From positions 1-32,941 of the IMG/VR virus record IMGVR_UViG_3300012953_000104: a DNA stretch of 32,941 bases. One strand, written 5' to 3'. Position 1 is the first letter of the stretch. Each line of letters starts with the position of its first letter. Below the pieces are notes generated by a model. The model worked only from the letters and a program-made list of their open reading frames with translations. It searched no databases and was not told the DNA's origin. The DNA comes from a virus. Its lineage: Duplodnaviria > Caudoviricetes. Shown piece by piece: positions 9,101 through 18,587 of this stretch. The position numbers and the translations under genes were made by a program.

Positions 9101-11398
9101 ATAATCTGTTCCATCATCATCTATTCTTGGTCTAAAATCTACACATTCTCTTAATTTTAATGTACCCTTAACTCCTGTAAACTCACCAATTGTATCATAA
9201 TCTGCAGTTGGATAAGAATCTACTGTAAGGTATGTACCTGAACCATGTGTATAATAATCATATGTTACTGTACATGTTCCAGTCGGTGTTGGAAAACCAG
9301 GTTTAAGAACTGCAGAACCCCTATCATAAAAGTTATCTCTTTGTCCGTTATCTAAACTAAATCTTTCTGTTACATCTACTGAATTACCATCTGTGATACT
9401 TACGATTCGAATAATATCTGCCTTTGTTAATCCAATTTTACCTGAACCTACTGTATTAGAAACAGTAGCATTATTCACTCTTGTTTTTGTTTTAGCTGCT
9501 TCGTTTGTTTTTTGTACTGTAGCTATAAGTTCTACCGAAGTATTATTTGGAACTCCACTTACCACTAGTGTTGTAGAATTGTTTGTTGAATATGTATAAG
9601 CACCAGTTCCATCTAACTTCATAAACGAACCACCGTTAACAGCGATTATATTATTAGTTCTATCTACGAAAGTATTTGTTCCTGATACTGAGAATGTTAC
9701 TGTTCCACCTGAACCAGCTGATGTAACTTTAAATCCTTGTTTAACTCTAAATAAATTATCTTGTCCATTTGTAGTAAGAGTTTTAACTGCATCGTATGGT
9801 AATTTATATATTAATGAACTATTACCTGCATCAAATAAGAATGCATCTGTATCTGCACCTGGTTGTGGGGCTGGACCAACTCCACCTGCTTTGTTAATTA
9901 AATCTGCTGTAAATGCTAAAGGCGAATCTGCTTGAGATACGCTTCTTGTTAAGTTAAAAGTATTCCCACCTGTCATTGCTATATCAAAAAGATATAATGA
10001 TGCATAACCTGTAGAACCAGATCCAACTATTTCCATGCCTCTTGCACGTGCTGTACCGATATTAGAACCAGATTGATTCTTTAATGCTAGTGTAGTAAAG
10101 TTAGTAATGTCTGGAAGACCAGCTACTGTATCTAATTTTAATCTAACATAGTTTCCTAAAACAATGTCGGTTGTAGCTGCGTTAGCTGTGGCTGTTGCAT
10201 CAGCACCTCTTGGTTTATCTACTTTTACATATTTTGTTGCAAGGTTTTCGTTTCTAAATCCCTTTACATAAGCTACTGATGGTTCAACACCAACTGCTAA
10301 TCTTGAAGTACCGTATGTTGTTCCTGCTGAATTACTTCCTGCATCTCCATCTGCTACGATTTGTGTATTTGTTTTATAACCAAAGTTAGTTCCAGTATTT
10401 AAATATTCTCTAATGTTTAATTCAAATGGTTGTACTGCATAATTGCCAGATTCTTCGAATGTTCTTCTAGCTAATCTACGTCCTAATTCTGCATCATTAT
10501 TTTTATCTGTCTTATCAAATTGTACTTTACCAAGTTCTACTGTGACTAATGGTATATAATTATCAGTAGCCCTTGAACCAATAGATAATGGTTCTTTAAC
10601 TAATTCTGTTGAAATTTGGTATCTATTTGCTCCTGGAGCTGCAAAGTTAGATGTACCTGTGGCGTTATCAACCAATGCAGAGTGACCAGAAGTATCTGAT
10701 GAAACTAAATTTTCTGTGACTGTTAAACCAACAATATAACTTGGTGTGTTTGTATACTTATCTAATAGTAATGAACCAGCTTCTACATAAACAAATGTAC
10801 CAGCTATAAAGTAAACACCTTGTTCAATATTAACAATTGAACCTTGACCTGTAGGTGTACTTCCTGAAGCAACCAATTCACCATATCTAACTGTTCCTGA
10901 TACCGTAGTTGCATTGGAAATAATTTCTTCATCTGCTACAAACGTACCAACATCTCTATTTGTTCCACCCTTTGCTTCATATTTAATATATAAAGTATTT
11001 AAATCCGATCCAGACGCTGCTGCGAATCCAATGACTTTAGCTGTGACTTGATTTCCAGTATTACCATAACCAGTAATAGTTGAACCTACAAAGTCTGAAA
11101 GATAATCATCCGAGTTTAAACCAGACCCACCAACGCTATGTGTGAAAGAAGATTTTAATTTAATAAAATCATATTCTACATTAATACTAACCTTACCACC
11201 TAATACTCTTGAACCATCTTTAAATGCGTATTGGCCGTATCGATCTATTTGTGCTTGAAGTGCTGTTTGTAACTGAGTAAGCTCTCTGGCTTGAACCGCA
11301 TATCCTGGACGGAATAATACCCTATGATAATTTTTAGTTTCATCAAAATCGTCATAGTACGGTTGGATGTTATAGTTTTTAACTTTACTTGTTGCCAT
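6137..11398 (-). CDS. VrlC-like (DUF4815-type) large virion/baseplate structural protein (1753 aa)
   Basis: N-terminal PYYDDFDETKNYHRVLFRPGYAVQARELTQLQ. Internal APGANRY, LARRTFEESGNY, NKRYTMRDIGKLDKRI..LEYYTSLSLLE and RFKNGFLVD.F. C-terminal VPKVKDFRAIA. Follows gp8. Confidence 0.9.
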   Translation of the reverse strand: MATSKVKNYNIQPYYDDFDETKNYHRVLFRPGYAVQARELTQLQTALQAQIDRYGQYAFKDGSRVLGGKVSINVEYDFIKLKSSFTHSVGGSGLNSDDYLSDFVGSTITGYGNTGNQVTAKVIGFAAASGSDLNTLYIKYEAKGGTNRDVGTFVADEEIISNATTVSGTVRYGELVASGSTPTGQGSIVNIEQGVYFIAGTFVYVEAGSLLLDKYTNTPSYIVGLTVTENLVSSDTSGHSALVDNATGTSNFAAPGANRYQISTELVKEPLSIGSRATDNYIPLVTVELGKVQFDKTDKNNDAELGRRLARRTFEESGNYAVQPFELNIREYLNTGTNFGYKTNTQIVADGDAGSNSAGTTYGTSRLAVGVEPSVAYVKGFRNENLATKYVKVDKPRGADATATANAATTDIVLGNYVRLKLDTVAGLPDITNFTTLALKNQSGSNIGTARARGMEIVGSGSTGYASLYLFDIAMTGGNTFNLTRSVSQADSPLAFTADLINKAGGVGPAPQPGADTDAFLFDAGNSSLIYKLPYDAVKTLTTNGQDNLFRVKQGFKVTSAGSGGTVTFSVSGTNTFVDRTNNIIAVNGGSFMKLDGTGAYTYSTNNSTTLVVSGVPNNTSVELIATVQKTNEAAKTKTRVNNATVSNTVGSGKIGLTKADIIRIVSITDGNSVDVTERFSLDNGQRDNFYDRGSAVLKPGFPTPTGTCTVTYDYYTHGSGTYLTVDSYPTADYDTIGEFTGVKGTLKLRECVDFRPRIDDDGTDYTTAGASLSNPPHPGHSMNNDVTYYMPRIDKLYVNRSGEFLIEKGVPADSPSSPATPDDAMGLYDLHLEPYVYSLSDIKPELLDNKRYTMRDIGKLDKRIKTLEYYTSLSLLEQSASDAHIVDSAGLSRFKNGFLVDAFTGHSVGDTANNDYMISIDKSNGHLRPKFDERNVNLIRKASDSGSVVVSSSLAHLPIASNTTIINQPYASSFINVNPYNVFSWDGVVKLSPDSDEWKEVDQRPAILIDDTSQYDQFVNMAEETGILGTVWNEWETNWTGQTEDRSVIQERINGRIRRTTTDTVTTTTNQARSGLRRDLSFDTVQRESDERVVEVNFIPFMRSREVFFSAQLMKPLTKVFAYFDGSDITAFCKQKAFVEFATRSNIVDHQGVTSHPDSSSGTLTTDANGNLTGSFIIPNNSALRFKTGSREFRLTDSATNTISVETTSAEAQYQARGLLESKQSTITSTKVPQLSTQELSDGRSIVETEVSETVRWIDPIAESILITEEGGTFVTSCDIFFQSKNAENIPVRLTIREMENGSPTQRIVPGADKVLAPGSVNVSTTAATATNFAFDHPVYLEQDHEYAIVLTSQCDDYNVWIAEMGKFDVTNTSFRITKQPYNGVFFTSANASTWTPEQAKDLKFKLNSAVFSTSGAITLVNDVLPVRKLPGNPFTTASGDATVTVNHPNHGLANNSSKVTFAGAVAVNNISAANLNGQRTVTIVDHDSYTFEAGGNANAAGSGGGTAVTSTENRHMDVMNNIIQNLTLPNTQLRFFATTYSGKSISGAETPYQAQTEFEILPGRNVIFATPKVIGNQDNETSNMGGNKSYSLRCTMSTTKTNLSPIIDMNRASVVTVQNRINNGSTAETASSGGTNIARYITKAVSLADDADTITVFLDANRPASSNIDLYYRVITSGADTPITEVAWTIANPTTTIPINDNPLIFKEAQFDIDPLGANVSFGTMQFKIVLRSTNTSTVPKVKDFRAIAAT

Positions 11399-11417
11399 AT
11401 TTTTTACCTATTTCTAA

Positions 11418-11425
11418 TATTTATA
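11418..11425 (-). promoter_or_regulatory. T4-type late promoter TATAAATA
   Basis: Exact motif in the 28-nt intergenic gap upstream of the VrlC-like start. Confidence 0.8.
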
Positions 11426-11426
11426 A

Positions 11427-13010
11427 TTAGAATTCAATTATAACTTTTATATCTTCAATCTGTGTAGTTGTTCTATTGATTGGGTTTCTATTTTCTAAGA
11501 ATAGCATTTCACCAGAACCTCTATTAACTTCAGGATTTTTAACAGCATTAGAACTTTCTAAAGCTCCTGCTGTTGTTGATGTTTGGCCAGTAACGGTTTC
11601 TCCATCAACGAATGATGCATAACCTGTTTTACTGTTTTGTGTATAATAGATATATCCATTTCCACTATCTATTGAAGCTACATAAGCTTGGGCTCCACCA
11701 GCTCCTACGATTAACTCATCAACTACATAATTAGATACAGTCACGCCAGATGCAAAATCTAGATAATTCATACCTTGTAATGTAGCAGCTGTTGATATAG
11801 TACTTGTTCCATAGTTAGTTGGATTCTTAATTAAAGATATTTGTCTGAAATCATTTCCAACTGTTAAGTCACCGCCACCTGAACCAGATAGCTGTGTATT
11901 TACTCCTACAAAGAATCCACCTAGTTCTGATACTGGATCAACCCCGTGTCCTAAAGGTGGAGCGATTGTAGCATTAGCTGCAGCTGAACCAGCTGAAAAA
12001 GTAATATCTGCAAAAGTATAATCTGTTCCTTTGTTATTTAAAGTAATACTAGCTACACTTTGTGTTGTACCAGAACCACTCATTGTTATATTGCCTGATG
12101 CTACCGCTGCACTTGAACCATCACCAGTAATAGTGACTGTAGGTTTAGCAGAGTAATCTCCACCACCTGCGCTAACTTCGATTCTTTCTATACCTGCTGC
12201 ATTTCCGTGGTCTCTAGAAGCTTTTTGGTTTAAGTATTGTGCATAATCTCCTTCCGATAAAGCTGCTTCTGCTGCTGCATCGTTTGCGTATGCAAATGTT
12301 AATATTACTGCATCTGAAATACTTTGTGCTGCTGAAAGAGTAAGCTTAGAACCTGCAATAGCCGAAACTGTTGGTGATCCGGAGATTCCTGTACCTGATA
12401 CTGTCATTCCAGTATGTATTTTAGAATTAATTTCTGATAGAATAACAATTGTGCTTGAAGAAACTGCTCCTGCTACTGTTCCTTGGCCACCAAGGGAAAC
12501 GGTCTTGACTGGCATATAAGAAGTAGTAAGGAATTTCTCTGAATCTGCAACCGTTAAAGTATACATATATTTCCATGTATATCCATCTGATTCTGCAGTT
12601 GGTACTGTTAATGTTTGAGTTGGTTGAACTGTTGAATTACCCCCACCAGCTACAATACATTTATAAACTTTAAATTCTGAAGTTATAACATAGAATTTTT
12701 TATCGTATATTGAACCATCATTTGAATCCCAAGCTACGTATGCGGTTGCACCGTCCCAAGTATATCTTGGAACCACGTGGGTTATATCCGATGCATTGAT
12801 TTTCTGCATGGCCATAAAATTTGCCCTTGCTTCTCCAATATCATCGATATGGTCATTTGGTGTAAATGGTGTTGTATCAGTAGTGTCTGAAGTTGTTAAA
12901 GACCAAACATCAGGTTTACCAATAGCTACATATACACTATTTGCTCCAACGTCTTCCTTAAAATTTTCAGCATTTACTGTTCTAAATGTTGATGTGACTA
13001 TTGCTGTCAT
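11427..13010 (-). CDS. gp8: baseplate wedge subunit gp8
   Basis: MTAIVT..FR..NA, VYVAIGK...W, VVPRY.W, FYVITSEFKVYKC, DGYTWKYMYT, GHG.DPV.ELG, NDFRQI.LIKNP, C-terminal ENR.PI.R...QIEDIKVIIEF. Confidence 0.9.
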   Translation of the reverse strand: MTAIVTSTFRTVNAENFKEDVGANSVYVAIGKPDVWSLTTSDTTDTTPFTPNDHIDDIGEARANFMAMQKINASDITHVVPRYTWDGATAYVAWDSNDGSIYDKKFYVITSEFKVYKCIVAGGGNSTVQPTQTLTVPTAESDGYTWKYMYTLTVADSEKFLTTSYMPVKTVSLGGQGTVAGAVSSSTIVILSEINSKIHTGMTVSGTGISGSPTVSAIAGSKLTLSAAQSISDAVILTFAYANDAAAEAALSEGDYAQYLNQKASRDHGNAAGIERIEVSAGGGDYSAKPTVTITGDGSSAAVASGNITMSGSGTTQSVASITLNNKGTDYTFADITFSAGSAAANATIAPPLGHGVDPVSELGGFFVGVNTQLSGSGGGDLTVGNDFRQISLIKNPTNYGTSTISTAATLQGMNYLDFASGVTVSNYVVDELIVGAGGAQAYVASIDSGNGYIYYTQNSKTGYASFVDGETVTGQTSTTAGALESSNAVKNPEVNRGSGEMLFLENRNPINRTTTQIEDIKVIIEF

Positions 13011-13022
13011 TTTTCGTTTCCT

Positions 13023-15389
13023 CTAATCTGTGTGAATAAAACTATTCACGTTATATCTATTTATACTAGTTACATTCATGTTTTGTATCTCTGTGGACCC
13101 AAAATGTGCTAAAGTTCCATTTTGATCGTATAACCTTGCCGTTGTATCAAACGGGGCTTTTAGTTCAAAAGGATTAGTTTCATCTAGAGTTTCACTTCGA
13201 TCATTCTTGTGGTTAAGATATAATATTAATATATCTCTTACATCTTTCGCACGAATCTCATTATGTACCTGGCTTCCTAATTTTAATTCTGGGTCTGAAA
13301 CATATCCATTCCCAGCTTGACTTATAGTAGAACCTGTAATAAATCCATCACTATTAATGTTCAGTGTAGCTACAGCTTGTACGTTAGATAATAAAGCATT
13401 TCCATCTGAATCTTTATCTGTAGGTGGTCCAATTATAACTGTTGGAGCTACTCTGTATTGTTTAGGTTCGCCTTCTGTTATATTTATAGACGCTAATTTA
13501 CCTTGGCTTGGGTTTGCACTAGGTGTTAAGAATATAGTATTAAATCCCGATCCTCTATCTGAAATATTTACACTATCAACTCTTCCTGCACTATCAAGAA
13601 CTAAAGCAATGGTTGGGTTATTCATACTACCACCAGTACCACTAATTGCTACACTTGGGGCAGAACTATATCCAAATCCTGGTTGGTCAATCTCAACAGT
13701 ATCAATCATTCCATCTGTTTTACTTAATGTTGCCGTAGCTGTTTGTCCTGTAAACGTGTGTGTTGTTCCAGCACCTACGCCCGTTAAATTAATTTCTACA
13801 TTGTCCGTTGTTAATGAAAGTGCGATCGCGTTTCCTACCTTAGCTAGAATTTTATATGTTCCAGCTGGTAATCCAGGAATGATTGTTCCTGTAGTTGCAT
13901 ATGTTAAATGATCTGTAACTTCAAAAGAAGCTGCCTGTGGTGCACTTAAAGTTATTCTATTATTGGTAGTATCTACAATTGAAGAACTTGATCCATTAAA
14001 TGTGTGAGCTGGTGGTGCACTAAATGTAGCTGTTGGTGCCTGATAATCTTTACCACCACTTCCAATTAGAATAGAATTAACATGACCATCTGTAATTGTA
14101 GCAGTAAGTGCAGCTGCTGTAAATCCAGATCCACCATCTCCAGTTGTAATTGTTGGTGGAGTTAAATATCCAGAACCAGGTTCAGTAATAGATGAACCAG
14201 TAATTACCCCATTTTTTAATGATGTAGATAATGTAGCATTCTTATGAATAGTTCCTGTAAGTGTTGGGGTGAAAGCTGATGCAAACATTTCTACTAATAA
14301 CGGTAAATCTTCTACTCCAATTACCCCTGGAGATATACCAGGCATTGCTGAGAATAACCTGGCTAAAGTACTCATCATCTTTTTATTGTTTACTGTTCCT
14401 ACATCAACAAAGTTTAATAGTAATAAAATCTCACCAAAGAATTTAAATCCAGCTGGATGAACTAATCTTGTAAAAGCATCAGACCAATCTGAAACGTTTT
14501 TACCAGTTTTAATTAAATAACTAAACTTTTGATAACGTAAACTATCTTGTAACTTTATTCTGTCAGATAAGAATCCTTTATTATCAGTAAAGGAATTTGA
14601 ATTAGTATCCCAATTTCCAGAAGAAGGTATTAACGTAACATCATATGGTCTTTCTACTTCTACCACTTCATTAAACAATAACCTAAAGAATATTTCTATA
14701 CTATCACTTGAACCTCTTACTTTATAAAAGTCAATAATTTGTTTATATAGATTTCTTTTGTTAACTGTTACGTCTCTAGGAATAGCTGCTGCTATTTCTT
14801 TCTGCATAAATTCTAAATAGTTAGCAGCATTGCCATCTATATCCATAGCTTCTTCAATTGTATTCATAACATTTGAAGGACCTGGGCCAACCCAGTTTTT
14901 AACCACAGTTGTTAATGTTGCTGTTTTACCATTATGAGAAGTTAATCCATTCACCGCCATTGTTTTACCAACTTCAGATGTTTCATTAGCTAATGTTCCA
15001 GGTAAGTCATTACCATTTGTTATAGCTACGTTTTGTGCGTTTAAGCTTATTGTAGTTGTTGTTCCATCTGTATTAGTAATAACTAAAGTAGAACTAGCAC
15101 CAGTTTCATCTGTAAAGAATTCATCGTTTTCATTCTTTGGATCTGGGATTCTAAATCTAGCTAGCCCATCTAATACTACGTCTGTAAATGTTTTGGTCTG
15201 AGAATATATAAACTCTTCCATATTCATAAACGTATAGTATGATTTCATTAAAGCTTCTAGCTTAGATGAATTTTCCAGTATGTGTGCTGGAACTAATTGT
15301 TTATAATTAATATGTTCTTTGGTTTTCTTCTTAGAAGATACTACGGTTTCAACGTATCCAGGAGAACTATATTCTGCGTTATTTGCCAT
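13023..15389 (-). CDS. gp7: baseplate wedge initiator gp7-like
   Basis: K.I.DFYK.RGS..S...FFRLLFNE, LQDS..YQ.FSY.IK, LVHPAGFK.FGE, followed by GSGY...P.V.I repeats. Lies between gp6 and gp8. Confidence 0.85.
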   Translation of the reverse strand: MANNAEYSSPGYVETVVSSKKKTKEHINYKQLVPAHILENSSKLEALMKSYYTFMNMEEFIYSQTKTFTDVVLDGLARFRIPDPKNENDEFFTDETGASSTLVITNTDGTTTTISLNAQNVAITNGNDLPGTLANETSEVGKTMAVNGLTSHNGKTATLTTVVKNWVGPGPSNVMNTIEEAMDIDGNAANYLEFMQKEIAAAIPRDVTVNKRNLYKQIIDFYKVRGSSDSIEIFFRLLFNEVVEVERPYDVTLIPSSGNWDTNSNSFTDNKGFLSDRIKLQDSLRYQKFSYLIKTGKNVSDWSDAFTRLVHPAGFKFFGEILLLLNFVDVGTVNNKKMMSTLARLFSAMPGISPGVIGVEDLPLLVEMFASAFTPTLTGTIHKNATLSTSLKNGVITGSSITEPGSGYLTPPTITTGDGGSGFTAAALTATITDGHVNSILIGSGGKDYQAPTATFSAPPAHTFNGSSSSIVDTTNNRITLSAPQAASFEVTDHLTYATTGTIIPGLPAGTYKILAKVGNAIALSLTTDNVEINLTGVGAGTTHTFTGQTATATLSKTDGMIDTVEIDQPGFGYSSAPSVAISGTGGSMNNPTIALVLDSAGRVDSVNISDRGSGFNTIFLTPSANPSQGKLASINITEGEPKQYRVAPTVIIGPPTDKDSDGNALLSNVQAVATLNINSDGFITGSTISQAGNGYVSDPELKLGSQVHNEIRAKDVRDILILYLNHKNDRSETLDETNPFELKAPFDTTARLYDQNGTLAHFGSTEIQNMNVTSINRYNVNSFIHTD
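13058..13065 (-). promoter_or_regulatory. late promoter TATAAATA for gp8
   Basis: Exact motif inside the 3' end of gp7, about 48 nt upstream of the gp8 start. Confidence 0.65.
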
Positions 15390-17236
15390 TATTTAAGTCT
15401 TGGTGTAGTAGTATATGTAATTGAACCTGCAGAACCACTTACTGAAATTGAATCAACCTCTGGTGTAATTGTGACCCTTGAATTTTCTATAGAAAGTAAT
15501 TGATCTCTTTTTGGAGCTAAGTCTAATGAATTAGGTATTACCGTGATTCTAATTGAAGTTGCTGAATCAGGAACAAAGCTGTTTAAAGTAATCGTACCTT
15601 TTTCCACATTAATTAATCCTGCATCAGCTATAACGGTTGTATTAGAACCAGAAACTTCTTTATAAACAATAACTTTTCTATTTGTTGAACCAGATATAGG
15701 TACATCACCAAAGAAATGAGCAACTCCGTTTATTAAAAATGATGTAGAAGATATAATATGTTTAGTTGATTCTCCAGATTGATAGAAAGGAGAAGTATAA
15801 GTTAAGCTAAAATTATTACTAGCAAGTGAGGTTGTTGCTGATATGTTTTGGAACATACGAGGTCTAACCGTACTGTTTTGGATTGATGGATCTGCATTAT
15901 CAATACTTTTTAATAATTGTGAATGCCTGAATACACCATCGAATTTGTTTAAGTTATTAAAATTATAATCACTGATTGTATCTCTTACAACAGACTGTAA
16001 ATCTGAACTGGATCTATCTGTAAGGTTTGGATTATATTTAAAAAATACATCTAACTCTAAATAAGTAAAATTAGGATCTAAGATTTCTGGGGTAATACTA
16101 ACTACGTTTTTACCTTTTAATATAGTATTTTTAATTTCGTCTTTTTCTGTTGCGGTTAATACTGTAGTTGTAAGAGGTTTAATAGCTATATAAGCTTTAC
16201 CATAATCCGGTGGATCGTTATCTTCCCCGCCCCAAGTAGATATAGAATCTATATTAGTAAAAGATTTCTTAATAATAGCAGAATAATCATCTGATGTAAC
16301 CGCTCTGTTTTGTGAAGTAAATGTTAATGGTGCATTGAATCGAATACTTTCTGTTGTTTCTGAATCAACACCACCTGCAGCATTTGATGTAGTTGTAACT
16401 GTTATTGCACTAAATCCACCAACATTATCTACCATTGAGAATACACTAGCACTATTAGATTCTTTTCCTTTAGTATAAATGTAATCTAAAGTAACAATGT
16501 TATTATTAATAGGTTTATAACCGGTCACTCCATCACCGAAATATATTTCGAAAAATTCATTTGAATTTTCTTGTAAGTAATAAGTCTTTGTTGTTGAATC
16601 TACTGATTTCAATGATTCAAATTTTGTATAAATGTCAAATGCTGTACTTTCTTCGTTATCCTGAACACGAACTCTCAGTGTAGAAGTATCTGCATCTTTA
16701 TCCGATAGCTGAAACTTCTGATTTTCTATATCATTATCAACTCTATATTTTAAAGTTTTAAAAGAACCTTCGGCTATCTTTATATTTGAGAATGTATATA
16801 TGTTACTATTAATAGTTGTTGTGTGATTATCTAAAACAACAAATTGAAATTCTTCTCCATCAACTAAGGTAGTTAATTTTGTTCCTCTTGCAAGAGTAAG
16901 TGTTGTAGGTTTAGTACCGGATTCTGCTGATACATCAACTGCGATTGTGACCGTTGCTCTTGGAGATAATATAGACCTTGGAATATATCCTAGCAACTTA
17001 GCTCTTGTTACAACATTACCTCTAATTTGTGCTGAATCTAAGAATGCTTCATTCAATGAGAAGTGAGCATTCATTGCATTGTAATGTGTATTATATGCTA
17101 GAACATCTAGTAATACACTCATACCTGATCCATCAAAATCATAATCGTTGAATTCAGTTTGTGTTTTCAAGAAGTTTTTTAAGTTAGTTTTAATTTGATT
17201 AAAATCTAACTCCGTTACTTTTAAATTGCTTGCCAT
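15389..17236 (-). CDS. gp6: baseplate wedge subunit gp6
   Basis: LDF.QIK.NLK.FL..Q.EF.DYDF.GSGMSVLLDVLAYNTHY, NE.FLDSA..R.NVV..AK.LGY.PRS, FGDG..G, ESIRFNAP..F..QNRAVT..DY, WGGEDNDPP.YGK. Confidence 0.95.
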   Translation of the reverse strand: MASNLKVTELDFNQIKTNLKNFLKTQTEFNDYDFDGSGMSVLLDVLAYNTHYNAMNAHFSLNEAFLDSAQIRGNVVTRAKLLGYIPRSILSPRATVTIAVDVSAESGTKPTTLTLARGTKLTTLVDGEEFQFVVLDNHTTTINSNIYTFSNIKIAEGSFKTLKYRVDNDIENQKFQLSDKDADTSTLRVRVQDNEESTAFDIYTKFESLKSVDSTTKTYYLQENSNEFFEIYFGDGVTGYKPINNNIVTLDYIYTKGKESNSASVFSMVDNVGGFSAITVTTTSNAAGGVDSETTESIRFNAPLTFTSQNRAVTSDDYSAIIKKSFTNIDSISTWGGEDNDPPDYGKAYIAIKPLTTTVLTATEKDEIKNTILKGKNVVSITPEILDPNFTYLELDVFFKYNPNLTDRSSSDLQSVVRDTISDYNFNNLNKFDGVFRHSQLLKSIDNADPSIQNSTVRPRMFQNISATTSLASNNFSLTYTSPFYQSGESTKHIISSTSFLINGVAHFFGDVPISGSTNRKVIVYKEVSGSNTTVIADAGLINVEKGTITLNSFVPDSATSIRITVIPNSLDLAPKRDQLLSIENSRVTITPEVDSISVSGSAGSITYTTTPRLK

Positions 17237-17237
17237 T

Positions 17238-17699
17238 TTATCTTAACCTTCGTAGTAATATTTCCACAGAATCCTGTGTATCATATTCTTTTATTAAAAA
17301 TTTAACTGTTAATCTATAAGCATTTTGATCGGAAAGATCGTTAATTGCAATAGATAATACTTTGACTCTTGGTTCATAATCTTTAATAACATTTCTAACA
17401 TTTTCTTTTAAAGCTATTCTTGTTATTGCATCTGCCGGTTCAAATAATAAACCTCTTAGATTAGCACCAAGCTGTGGCTGAAAAGGTCTTTCAAATGCAT
17501 TTGTAATTAAAAGATTCTTAACAGCGTTCTTTATAGCATTATCATCTCTTAACACGTTTAAGTCTTTTCGGACCGGATGTATCTTTAAAGAAAGATCTAA
17601 ATCTCTATGTCCTCTCCTTCTACTAACAATTTTTGCTTTCGCAACACTTCCGCTTACTGAGGAATCAGATTGTATTAAAGGTGATGTTTCGTTTGCCAT
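17238..17699 (-). CDS. gp25: baseplate wedge / sheath initiator gp25
   Basis: DLDLS...HPV..D......AIKNAVKNL..TN..ERPFQP.LG.NLR.LLFEP...YEPRV, ending L.RLR. Directly upstream of gp6. Confidence 0.93.
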   Translation of the reverse strand: MANETSPLIQSDSSVSGSVAKAKIVSRRRGHRDLDLSLKIHPVRKDLNVLRDDNAIKNAVKNLLITNAFERPFQPQLGANLRGLLFEPADAITRIALKENVRNVIKDYEPRVKVLSIAINDLSDQNAYRLTVKFLIKEYDTQDSVEILLRRLR

Positions 17700-17704
17700 A
17701 TATC

Positions 17705-17712
17705 TATTTATA
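17705..17712 (-). promoter_or_regulatory. T4-type late promoter TATAAATA
   Basis: Exact motif in the intergenic gap, 5 nt before the gp25 ATG. Confidence 0.8.
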
Positions 17713-17717
17713 CAAGT

Positions 17718-18587
17718 TTACCCAAGCTTTTTCTTTCTTCTTGCAACGGACTGTGTAGCTGCTACCGAAAAGCTTTCTGCATCAGCATAGGTAGGTAAAA
17801 GTTGTTTTGTTGTATCGTATGCAGCTGCTAATACTTGTCCTTTTGCTTTAAAATCCCAACCTAAACTATACTCAGCTTCTAATTCACTTTGCATCTTTCT
17901 TAGATCAGCTAATGTATAATCCAAATATTTATTATCATCAAATGTACTTCCCCCTGCTTCTGAAAGTTCAACAAATGCCTCTGGCCAAGTAAGATCGAAG
18001 TATCTTTGTTTTACCCCAGTCTTATATTTTCGTCTAACATCTGGGTCTAATTCACTAGCAGCTTTCTTTACTTGTTGAATTACATTTGCTCTATATGCAA
18101 TGGTTAATACTTTCTTATTTAATTCTTCTAAATCTTTTTTAACTTCTTCTTTTGGTTCTGGTTTCGTTGGTTCTTCTTCTGGTATTTTAGATTCTGATGG
18201 AACTACTGTTGCAACACCATCGATCGTTTCTACATTTGGCATTGTGCTACATATATCTGCAGAGTTAATACTTGGTGGGAAAGAATCTAACCCTAACCCA
18301 CTTATTAAACTATCAAAGTTAGGAACTGCTGAACCCATAGATGCTTTTAGTTCTGCTAATTTAGAAGCTAATCCACCTGCAGTTGTTATATCTCCAAGCT
18401 TTAATAAATCACCTTGTAAACTAGGAACTGCAGGAATAGTAGGAACAAAACTAGCAAGATCAGCTTTCATGGCTGCCACTTTAGTACCCATAGCAGATAG
18501 GTTATCTTTTCCACCAGCTAAAAGAGTATTCATTTCTTTTTGTTTATCTTTTACGCCTTTAAGTAATGTATTTTCTGAACAACTCAT
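17718..18587 (-). CDS. hypothetical protein between gp5 and gp25 (289 aa)
   Basis: Start overlaps the gp5 stop (TAATG). Phage-like codon use. Two regions joined by a Pro/Glu/Lys linker. No recognisable catalytic or PAAR motif. Confidence 0.75.
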   Translation of the reverse strand: MSCSENTLLKGVKDKQKEMNTLLAGGKDNLSAMGTKVAAMKADLASFVPTIPAVPSLQGDLLKLGDITTAGGLASKLAELKASMGSAVPNFDSLISGLGLDSFPPSINSADICSTMPNVETIDGVATVVPSESKIPEEEPTKPEPKEEVKKDLEELNKKVLTIAYRANVIQQVKKAASELDPDVRRKYKTGVKQRYFDLTWPEAFVELSEAGGSTFDDNKYLDYTLADLRKMQSELEAEYSLGWDFKAKGQVLAAAYDTTKQLLPTYADAESFSVAATQSVARRKKKLG

